64,000 nucleotides of DNA, from assembly GCA_046292385.1 (NCBI GenBank), contig JBKBRF010000015.1, positions 70,726-134,725 on the forward strand. Reading direction: 5' to 3'. This DNA is from Armatimonadota bacterium. Its GTDB lineage: Bacteria; Armatimonadota; SYMT01. Below, in pieces: positions 56,971 through 64,000 of this stretch (position 1 is the stretch's first letter; each line of letters opens with the position of its first letter). The translations under genes and the position numbers were made by a program. The notes below the pieces were generated by a model. The model searched no databases, had not been told where the DNA came from, and worked only from the letters and a program-made list of their open reading frames with translations.

Positions 56971-58219
56971 ATCGTGGTCCTAACGCCACCGCGGCGAGCA
57001 CCAGCGTCCAACCGGTCCACGGCGCCATGCCGGCCAGCCAGACTCGCCCTACCGCTCCGGTGGCGACCAGCGGCACTTCCGCCACGGGTCGGCCATCCAC
57101 CAGCCCCACCAGCTTACCGCCTACCTGGCGCTGCGTCACCGGGGCGCGCATTTCGGACGCAAGCTGGATGCTCCGCTCGATATTCTTCCCCGGAATGCGC
57201 CGGATTACCGCAGTCAAATCGCGCTCCGGCACCAGCGGCACCGATTCCCGGCTGCCGCCGTCCACGGAGGCGAGCGCTACCGTCTCCCCCGCCTTCGCGA
57301 AGAAGACCGGCTGGAAGTTCTGCTTGCCCCACTCCATGAGCGCGGTGCTGTCGCCGTAAGTATCTCCGCTGTTCAGCACCACGGCAATCAGCCGCCAGGG
57401 GTGACCCGCCTCCTGGTGCGTGGCGGAGGCGACCAGGCAGCGCCCGGACTGCCGCACGTACCCGGTCTTCACGCCGTCGGCGCCCTGGTACTTGCCCAGG
57501 AACTTGTTGTGGTTGGTGACCACCAGGTCTTTCGTGTTCTTGCTGCGGTTGAGCTTGTAGCTCTTGGTCGCCACCACCTGGTTGAAGAGCGGGTACTGGA
57601 TGGCGTGGCGCGTCATCAGCGCCAGGTCGTAGGCGGTGCTGTAGTGCTCCTTGGCATACAGCCCGTTGGTCGTCACGAAGTTGGTGTCGGCCGCGCCCAG
57701 CTCCCGGGCGCGGGAGGTCATCTGCTGGGCGAACGCGGCGGCGGAGCCGGAGAGATGCTCCGCGGCGGCCACGCAGCCGTCGTTGGAGCTGCGGAGCATG
57801 ATCGCGTAGAGGAGGTCCTGCATCGGCACGCTCTCGCCCGGCGCGGCGTTGAAGTTGGCGTACGGCGTGTGCCGCGCCTTCTCGCTGAACGTCACCGCCT
57901 CCCCCAGGCGCCCGCTCTCCAGGATCATCGTGGCGGTCATAATCTTGGTGGTGGAAGCCATCGGCCGGCGCGTTCGGGCGTCCTTCTCGAAGAGGACGGT
58001 GCCGGTGGCGGCATCGACCAGGATCGCGGAGGCGGCCTGGACGCTCGGCGGCTTCAACGGCGGCTCCGAGGGCTCGGTCTGGGCCGCGGCGGGCGCCAGC
58101 GACACCGCCAGCGCGGCGAGGCAGGCGCCGGCCACCGCCGCTAATCGCCGAAAGCGGGAGCCGGCGGGCGCGCTAGATCGAAAGGTCCTGTTTCTCGGAA
58201 AGTGCCGCACCAAGATCAA
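56819..58219 (-). CDS. D-alanyl-D-alanine carboxypeptidase (S11); start uncertain
   Basis: ASTTK (SxxK), SSND (SxN), GVKTG (KTG); signal peptide and C-terminal TM. Confidence 0.93.
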   Translation of the reverse strand: MILVRHFPRNRTFRSSAPAGSRFRRLAAVAGACLAALAVSLAPAAAQTEPSEPPLKPPSVQAASAILVDAATGTVLFEKDARTRRPMASTTKIMTATMILESGRLGEAVTFSEKARHTPYANFNAAPGESVPMQDLLYAIMLRSSNDGCVAAAEHLSGSAAAFAQQMTSRARELGAADTNFVTTNGLYAKEHYSTAYDLALMTRHAIQYPLFNQVVATKSYKLNRSKNTKDLVVTNHNKFLGKYQGADGVKTGYVRQSGRCLVASATHQEAGHPWRLIAVVLNSGDTYGDSTALMEWGKQNFQPVFFAKAGETVALASVDGGSRESVPLVPERDLTAVIRRIPGKNIERSIQLASEMRAPVTQRQVGGKLVGLVDGRPVAEVPLVATGAVGRVWLAGMAPWTGWTLVLAAVALGPRYARSIASRAARRAAGSSPGASGTAAKSTRRRRRGVAARRRTADYDWESYS

Positions 58220-58748
58220 CCTCCAGCCTGGGCAGTTCGGTCAGGTCCGCCAGCCCGAAATGCTTCAAAAACCGCTCGGTGGTCCGGTAGAGGATCGGCC
58301 GTCCCGGCGCGTCCTTCCGTCCCGCTTCCTCGATCAGCTCTCGCTCGACCAGCGTCTTCAGCACCCCGTCGCTCTTCACGCCGCGCAGGGCGTCGATCTC
58401 CGGCTGCGTGATCGGCTGCTCGTACGCCACGATCGCCAGCGTCTCCAGCGCCTGCCGGGAGAGCTTCTGCGCCGGCGGCCGCAAGAACGTGGAGATCACG
58501 CTCGCGAACTCCGGCCGGGTGCGAAGCTGGTACCCGCCGGCCACCCGCACCACGTGGAGGCCTCCGCCGTTGGTGTAGTGGCGGCGCATGTCCTCCAGCG
58601 CCGCGCCGGCGAGCTCCGGCTCCAGGTCGAGCACCGCCCCCACCTGCTCCGCCGTCACCGGCTCGGAGGCCACGAAGAGCAGGCACTCCAGCACGGCGTG
58701 GAGGCCGCGCAGGGTTTCCGGTTGGAGATTCGGGGTTGCCAGTTCCAC
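58173..58748 (-). CDS. scpB: SMC-Scp complex subunit ScpB
   Basis: LECLLFV, VAGGYQLRT, LSRQALETLAIVAYEQPIT, GRPILYRTT..FL..FGL. Confidence 0.95.
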   Translation of the reverse strand: MELATPNLQPETLRGLHAVLECLLFVASEPVTAEQVGAVLDLEPELAGAALEDMRRHYTNGGGLHVVRVAGGYQLRTRPEFASVISTFLRPPAQKLSRQALETLAIVAYEQPITQPEIDALRGVKSDGVLKTLVERELIEEAGRKDAPGRPILYRTTERFLKHFGLADLTELPRLEVDLGAALSEKQDLSI

Positions 58749-58849
58749 AGCCAGTGATAAAGGTCGGTCGCTAGGCCGCGCAGTCGCAGCCGGATCGCTT
58801 CAGGCGGAGCCGGCAGCCGGAATGCTCCCGCCGCACGCGGCGCGCGCTG

Positions 58850-59665
58850 CTAAACATTAATTTCCGGAGCGCCCTCCGGCACTCCTCCCGCATCGTCGGG
58901 CGCGAGTGCCGTGAGGAGGATCTCGCCGAGCGGGCCCTGCTGCCAGGCGCGCACCTGCCCCAGGCGCACCAGCTCCAGCACCGCCAGGAAGGTGACCAGC
59001 ACCTCCAGCCGGGGAATCCGCCGGCCGGCCCGGACCACCAGGCTGCTGAAGAGCAGCGGCTCTTCGCGCTCGCGCACCCGCCGCAGGATCTCCGCGATCC
59101 GCTGCTTCAGGTTCACCTCATGGCGACGCACACGCAGGGCCGTGCGGACCGTTCGACCTTCCTCCTCCGTCGTCTCGTCTTCCAGCAGCCGGCGGACCGC
59201 GCTCAGCAGGTCATCGGGACGCAGCTCCACCAGCGGCACGCCGCCTTCCCACTGCTCCAGGGGGCTGCGCGGAAAGCTCTGCGCGTTCGAGGCGGCGAGC
59301 TCCTGCAGCTCCTCCGCCACGCGCTGGAACCGCTCGTACTCCAGCAGCCGCTCCACCAGCTCCGCGCGCGGATCGCCGCCTTCCTCTTCTTCGGTCAGCG
59401 GCTCCGGCCGGGGCAGCAGCATCCGCGACTTGATCTCCATCAGCGTCGCGGCCATCACCAGGAACTCGCCCGCCACGTTCAGGTCGAGCAGCTCCATCAG
59501 CGCCAGATACTCCAGGTACTGGTCGGTGACCCGCGCGATCGGGATGTCGCGGATGTCGAGCTTCTGCGTCCGGATCAGGTGGAGCAGCAGGTCGAGCGGC
59601 CCCTCGAAGATCGGGAGCCGCACCGGATAGGCAGCGCTGGTACTGGAGGCGAGGCGTGGGGGCAC
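58850..59665 (-). CDS. scpA: Segregation/condensation protein A
   Basis: FEGPLDLLLHLI, GEFLVMAATL.EIKSRMLLP, VTFLAVLEL. Confidence 0.96.
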   Translation of the reverse strand: MPPRLASSTSAAYPVRLPIFEGPLDLLLHLIRTQKLDIRDIPIARVTDQYLEYLALMELLDLNVAGEFLVMAATLMEIKSRMLLPRPEPLTEEEEGGDPRAELVERLLEYERFQRVAEELQELAASNAQSFPRSPLEQWEGGVPLVELRPDDLLSAVRRLLEDETTEEEGRTVRTALRVRRHEVNLKQRIAEILRRVREREEPLLFSSLVVRAGRRIPRLEVLVTFLAVLELVRLGQVRAWQQGPLGEILLTALAPDDAGGVPEGAPEINV

Positions 59666-59749
59666 AGGGCGAGGCTCACGGGGGGCGGGGGAAGGAGGGG
59701 CGCAGCACCGCGTGCGTCGAGCGGTTTGGCCTACAGGAACGATATCGGC

Positions 59750-60805
59750 TCAGCGGGGCGCGTTCGGGAGCGCGCTGCGCAGCATCTTGCTGAGCGTTTC
59801 CGGCGAGGCGTCGCCAACGGCCAGGTAGCGGTAGCCGCCGCGGGAGAGGGCGGCGACCTGCGGGTCGTTGTTGCCGGCGCCGAAGCAGTCATCCGCCGCC
59901 TCGCACTCCGGCCGGCCGCACTGGAAGAGGGTGATGTGGTTCAGACCGTCGGTGTATTCCAGCCGCGCGGCCTGGTGCCGGCGGCCGCAGGCGCACGGGA
60001 TCTGGTAGGCGCCCTCCAGCGTGTAGCCGGCGGGCAGCCAGGTCGGCTGGCGAATCTCGAAGCCGACGATCCGCGAGAGCTGCTCCGGGGTGAAGCGGGC
60101 GGAGGTGTCGCCCGCCTGAGCCGAGGCGTACTTCCGGAGCATGGCGTCGCTGGGACGGAACTCCGACTCCGCGGGCAATTGCGACGGCGAGAGGTACTCC
60201 ACCCGGGTAAAGCGGGTGCTCCGCAGCACCTGGTCGGCCGCGCCGTAGTCCTCGCTCGCCAGGATCACCCAGGTCTTCGGGTCGACCCAGACCCGCTTCC
60301 AGCGGCTCGACTCGCTGTGGGGCCGCAGCTCCACCACCACCGCCGGGCGGCCCGCCACCCGCTCCTCGCCGGCCTTGGTTGCCTCGTAGTTGGTGAGCAG
60401 GCGCATCTGCTGCTCGCGCGCCTCTTCGTCGGTGCTGCGGCGGCTGGCGACGCTGATCCGCTCCAGGCGCGGGTTGTAGCGATAGGTGCGCTCGTCACAC
60501 TCCCAGACCGTGGCACCCTTGAGCGGCGCGGAGAGGTACTCGATGCGCAGGCAGCCCTCGTCGGAGACCAGCACGTTCGCTTCTACCCGGATCGGCTCGC
60601 CCTTGGGGCCGGGCATCAGCGAGGTCTGGTGCCCCTTAAGCGCCACGCGGCGGCCCTCGGTCCACGCCTTGCGGACGATCTCCGCGCCGGTCATGGTCGG
60701 AAGGCCGCCGTCTGCATCGACCTGACGGGTCCGGTAGAGCCAGAGGACACCCCCGACGAGCACGCAGAGGAGCGCTACCAGCCAGGGCAGACCGCGTCGA
60801 AACAC
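59750..60805 (-). CDS. MucB/RseB/LolA-like exported sigma-regulatory protein
   Basis: N-terminal TM, RIEYLSAP, GEERVAGRPA, VWVDPKT, PTWLPAGY, YTDGL..ITLFQ; follows the anti-sigma gene. Confidence 0.8.
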   Translation of the reverse strand: MFRRGLPWLVALLCVLVGGVLWLYRTRQVDADGGLPTMTGAEIVRKAWTEGRRVALKGHQTSLMPGPKGEPIRVEANVLVSDEGCLRIEYLSAPLKGATVWECDERTYRYNPRLERISVASRRSTDEEAREQQMRLLTNYEATKAGEERVAGRPAVVVELRPHSESSRWKRVWVDPKTWVILASEDYGAADQVLRSTRFTRVEYLSPSQLPAESEFRPSDAMLRKYASAQAGDTSARFTPEQLSRIVGFEIRQPTWLPAGYTLEGAYQIPCACGRRHQAARLEYTDGLNHITLFQCGRPECEAADDCFGAGNNDPQVAALSRGGYRYLAVGDASPETLSKMLRSALPNAPR

Positions 60806-60808
60806 GCT

Positions 60809-61345
60809 TTACCTCGTCTCCGTGGCGTTCGGCTTCGGCGCTTCATCCTGCGAGGCGAGCTGCGCCATCGCTTCGTAAGCGACACGGTCGGTCACCGGGC
60901 CTTCGCCCGCCGACATCGCGTGCTGGCGGATTGACTGCGCCAGGGCAGAGCTGGTCATCGAGCCGCGCCCGGCACCCTCGTGGATGCTCAGCGGCGGGAT
61001 GTCGGACGGCCCGACCGGCACCAGCAGCCCCAGCGCCAGCGCGGCGGCCGCCATGCCCATCGCCAGGCCGCGCGCCGGCCGGGAGTAGATCCAGGCCCAC
61101 CACGCCGGGCGCTCCCGCGTCACCTCGCCGGACTCGATCCGGTTGCGCACGGCGTTGAAGAGACCGGGAGGCGGCTGCCGCACTCCGAGCTCCTCCACCA
61201 TCGCCATGACCGAATCCATCGCCGTCAGCTCCGCGCGACAATCGGCGCAGAGCTCCAGATGCGACGCCACCTGCTGGTGCGCGCGCCCATCCAGGATCTC
61301 CACCGAATAGTCCGGCAACAACTCCCGTACCTGTGAGCAGAGCAT
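60809..61345 (-). CDS. Zinc-finger (HxxxCxxC) membrane anti-sigma factor
   Basis: MLCSQVRELL...HLELCADC, single TM. Confidence 0.9.
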   Translation of the reverse strand: MLCSQVRELLPDYSVEILDGRAHQQVASHLELCADCRAELTAMDSVMAMVEELGVRQPPPGLFNAVRNRIESGEVTRERPAWWAWIYSRPARGLAMGMAAAALALGLLVPVGPSDIPPLSIHEGAGRGSMTSSALAQSIRQHAMSAGEGPVTDRVAYEAMAQLASQDEAPKPNATETR

Positions 61346-61350
61346 CTTGA

Positions 61351-61932
61351 CTAACCCTCTACAAATCCCGCCAGCTTGCGGCGCAGGTTGTCCCGCGCCC
61401 GGGCGAGCCGGCTCTTTACCGTACCGACTGAACACTTCATAATCTGCGCGATCTCTTCCACCGGCATCCCGTCCAGGTGATGGAGAGTCACCACCATCCG
61501 GTGGTCGTCCGAGAGACCTGCGATCGCGCGCTGTACCACATCTTGCGTCGCGTGCGTCTGCGTCACCGCGGACGGATCCGCCCGCAGGTCCGGAATCTCC
61601 CGCTGTCCGCCCTCGTCTTCTTCGCCGAAGGGCTGGTCCAGCGACTCCTGCCGCACGCGACCGTGATCCCGGATCCAGTTCCGCGTCAGGTTCGTGGCGA
61701 TCCGGTAGAGCCACGACGGGAACGCTTCCGGCGCTTCGAGGCGGGGCAGCGACTTCCAGACCCGGACGAAGACGTCCTGCGTCAGGTCGGAAGCGTCCGC
61801 ATCACTGCGGACCATCTGATAGATCAGGTTATAGATGCCCCGCTGGTACTGCTCAAACAACCGCTCGAACGCCTGAAGGTCCCCGGCCTGCGCGCGGCGC
61901 ACCAGCTCCGCATTTGGATTCTCGGCTGCCAC
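61351..61932 (-). CDS. ECF sigma factor (RpoE/SigW-like); start GTG 61932 or ATG 62013
   Basis: GDLQAFERL, DLTQDVFVR, WLYRIATN, EEIAQIMKCSVGTVKSRLARAR. Confidence 0.95.
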   Translation of the reverse strand: MAAENPNAELVRRAQAGDLQAFERLFEQYQRGIYNLIYQMVRSDADASDLTQDVFVRVWKSLPRLEAPEAFPSWLYRIATNLTRNWIRDHGRVRQESLDQPFGEEDEGGQREIPDLRADPSAVTQTHATQDVVQRAIAGLSDDHRMVVTLHHLDGMPVEEIAQIMKCSVGTVKSRLARARDNLRRKLAGFVEG

Positions 61933-62159
61933 AGTCCGCCTCTGCGCGCTGGACCCATTATTGGGACACAGGGAGCGGGGCCACGTTCCCGCTGTTTGGG
62001 CCGCACAATCCATATCATAACCCCTGCTGCCACCTCAAGTGAGCCCCGGGAGCGGCAAGCCACCGCTCGCCATGCGCTTCCGGATCTCCAGCCTGCGATG
62101 AAGACCCGGGATCGGCTCGCCGCGTTCCATCAATTCGGCTGCGCCGAGGGTCTAGGGGA

Positions 62160-62194
62160 TAGGGTGTAGGGTGTAGGGTGTAGGGTGTAGGGTG
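62160..62194 (+). repeat. (TAGGGTG)5 heptamer array
   Basis: Five perfect copies; degenerate complementary CCCTA-type heptamers at ~62442-62482; related array at ~63703-63736. Confidence 0.92.
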
Positions 62195-62254
62195 TAGGTC
62201 TGTGGCGGCGGAGGTTGCCGAGCGGTGACTGCAAACTGCTGCCGAGAGGCTGCA

Positions 62255-62311
62255 GATCGCCGGGGGTTAACCCCCCGGCGGAGCCAACCGCGGAGTTTAC
62301 TCCGCTCCGCA
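62255..62311 (+). repeat. REP-like repeat, copy 2
   Basis: GATCGCCGG..CCGGCGGAGCCAACCGCGGAGTTTACTCCGC, near-identical to 46115-46170. Confidence 0.85.
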
Positions 62312-62464
62312 CGCGGCGCAGCGGTAAATCACCACGGCTGCCGTGATCTTCCGAGGACTCGCCGGAGCAAGAGGGTCGCCAGCGAGCAGGAGCAGGAGCA
62401 GGAGGAGCCGTACGCGGAGGGCGCACCCCACCCTCCGACAGCCCTAAACCCTGAACCCTAGACC

Positions 62465-62707
62465 CTACCCCCTGGACCCTAAATGCGGTCTCCGGCTCGG
62501 CACCTCCCACACTACCGCGCGCCAGCCCTGGTGGATGTGCTCCTGCGCGTAGGCCACCGCTTCCTCGTACGTATCGGCGGCGGCGAGATGGCCGGCGCGG
62601 CTGTTCGGATCGGCGACGGCCACCAGGGAGCACTGCGGCGCCTCCACGAGGGTGCGGGCCATCGCCACCTGGAATTCCTCATCGAGCTCGAGAACTACCA
62701 CGGCCAT
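62465..62707 (-). CDS. Small hypothetical protein
   Basis: AGGAG RBS, GC3-biased 80-aa ORF. Confidence 0.6.
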   Translation of the reverse strand: MAVVVLELDEEFQVAMARTLVEAPQCSLVAVADPNSRAGHLAAADTYEEAVAYAQEHIHQGWRAVVWEVPSRRPHLGSRG

Positions 62708-62884
62708 CGTTGTCTCTCCTGGGGCCTTGGCGGCAAGCGACCACTCGCAGCTTTATTCGTTAGTCGTTTGTAGTCTCAGTCTCTCGGAGAAGGCAAGCCC
62801 CGCCATAATAGGAACGCCTGTCCGGACGGGCGGTATCCTTCACGCCGGGCTGCAGCCCCGGCACGTCTTCAGTTTCGCGAATCC

Positions 62885-63706
62885 ATGACCAGCCCCCCTC
62901 GCCTGGGAGACATCCTCCGTGGCCTGGGTCTTGTGACCCAGCAGCAGCTCAACGCCGCCGTCGACTACCAGCTCGCCGCCGAGTCCGCCGCAGGACGGGT
63001 CACCCCCGCAGCGCCGCGGCGCGGCATCCGATTGGGGGAGGCGCTGGTGGAGCTGGGGTTCTGCACCGACAGCGACATCGCCCGGGCGCTCTCCCAGCAG
63101 CAGGGTCTCCCGCACGTCGACCTGGTCTCCACCCCCGCGGACCCCCGCGTCGCAGGCCTGATCCCGGCAGCTACCGCCGCCGAGCTGGTGGCGGCGCCGA
63201 TCCGCCTGGACGGGACCACCCTGGTGGTGGCCGTGGCGGACGCGAGTCGGCGCGACCTGCACGAGCGCCTGGAGCGCGAGTCCGGTCTGCAGGTCACGCT
63301 GGTCATCGCCGCCGAGGGCCAGGTCAAGCGGCTGATCGCCGACATGCGCGGCGACGGCCCCACGCCGGCGGCGCCGCGGGAGCCGACGCCGGAAGAGATG
63401 CTCGTCTCCCTGGTGCAGGGCGCGCTCGACCACCAGACCCGAGACCTCTACCTCATGCCGGTGCAGTCCGGGGCGGAGGTCCGGTTCCGAAACCGGGGCG
63501 AGACCCGGCTGCTCACCAGCCTGAGCCGCCCGCAGTACACCGCTCTGCTGGCCCACCTGAAGAAGCGCTTCGGGGCCGGCGCTCCCACCCAGCTCCTCGG
63601 TCGGCAGGGTGTCGGCTCCGTCCGCCTGGGCGACCGCCTGCTCGAGATGGAGTTCGCCAGCGTCCCGGACCTGGCGGGCGAGCGGGCAGTGCTTCACTTG
63701 TTGTAG
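62885..63706 (+). CDS. GspE/PilB N-terminal (MshEN) domain protein lacking the ATPase domain
   Basis: RLGDILRGLGLVTQQQL...RLGEALVELGF motifs; N2D-like VRFRNRG; stops before any Walker A. Confidence 0.8.
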   Translation: MTSPPRLGDILRGLGLVTQQQLNAAVDYQLAAESAAGRVTPAAPRRGIRLGEALVELGFCTDSDIARALSQQQGLPHVDLVSTPADPRVAGLIPAATAAELVAAPIRLDGTTLVVAVADASRRDLHERLERESGLQVTLVIAAEGQVKRLIADMRGDGPTPAAPREPTPEEMLVSLVQGALDHQTRDLYLMPVQSGAEVRFRNRGETRLLTSLSRPQYTALLAHLKKRFGAGAPTQLLGRQGVGSVRLGDRLLEMEFASVPDLAGERAVLHLL

Positions 63707-63842
63707 GGGTTAGGGGTTAGGGTCTAGGGTCCAGGGCGCACGGTTGCTGGGAACGCCATTCGGGCACGGCTACTCCTGCTCTCTGGCGACCCCCGTGCTC
63801 CGGCGCGTCCTCGGACCGGGTGATCGTTTGGGTGGGTCAGGG

Positions 63843-63882
63843 GGAGCGGAGTAAACTCCGCGGTTGGTTCCGCCGGGGGTTA
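63843..63882 (-). repeat. REP-like repeat, copy 3 (inverted)
   Basis: GCGGAGTAAACTCCGCGGTTGGTTCCGCCGGGG, the reverse complement of the 62255 unit with one mismatch. Confidence 0.85.
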
Positions 63883-64000
63883 TGGGAGTCAAGAAATTAA
63901 CCGGGCTTAAGTAGGCCAACGTAGCGCAGGAGTGCTTCGCTGCCATCCTGGAAGCGGTGCAGGAAGTGGAGGAACCTGCTTCGGAGCTCCTCCAACTGAT

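Overview
High-GC bacterial DNA. The H-X9-DG/DUF1559-type proteins, DUF1080 pair, hopanoid genes and short intergenic repeat arrays suggest Armatimonadota or a similar lineage (inference only). The window has two parts. (1) Bases 1-27137 are the right part of an integrated element that ends in the 3' half of a tRNA-Pro(GGG) (attR-like, 27096-27137); its left end lies outside the window. It carries a mobilisation/integration module (coupling-type ATPase, replication-relaxation protein, Zn-ribbon membrane protein, tyrosine recombinase), a STAND-NTPase/TPR protein with an N-terminal nuclease-like domain (Avs-like), and a ~15.4 kb divergent locus that is the main candidate new system: queC >< [TGT/DpdA-like, HerA, NurA, DUF6884-like] <> [ECF sigma, unknown protein, IrrE/ImmA protease, NurA, HerA, SbcD/Mre11, SbcC/Rad50]. 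It combines a putative 7-deazaguanine base-exchange module, two different NurA-HerA pairs, a full Mre11-Rad50 set and a possible protease-controlled sigma switch. (2) Bases ~27200-64000 are host backbone: sugar enzymes, cobB, MetOD1 plus hybrid kinase, polA, a PIN toxin-antitoxin pair, hpnD/hpnE, an ECF sigma/anti-sigma/RseB-like-scpA-scpB-dac-rluB cluster, a stand-alone MshEN protein, and many REP-like and 7-8-mer repeats. All calls come from reading motifs by eye; no database searches were run.
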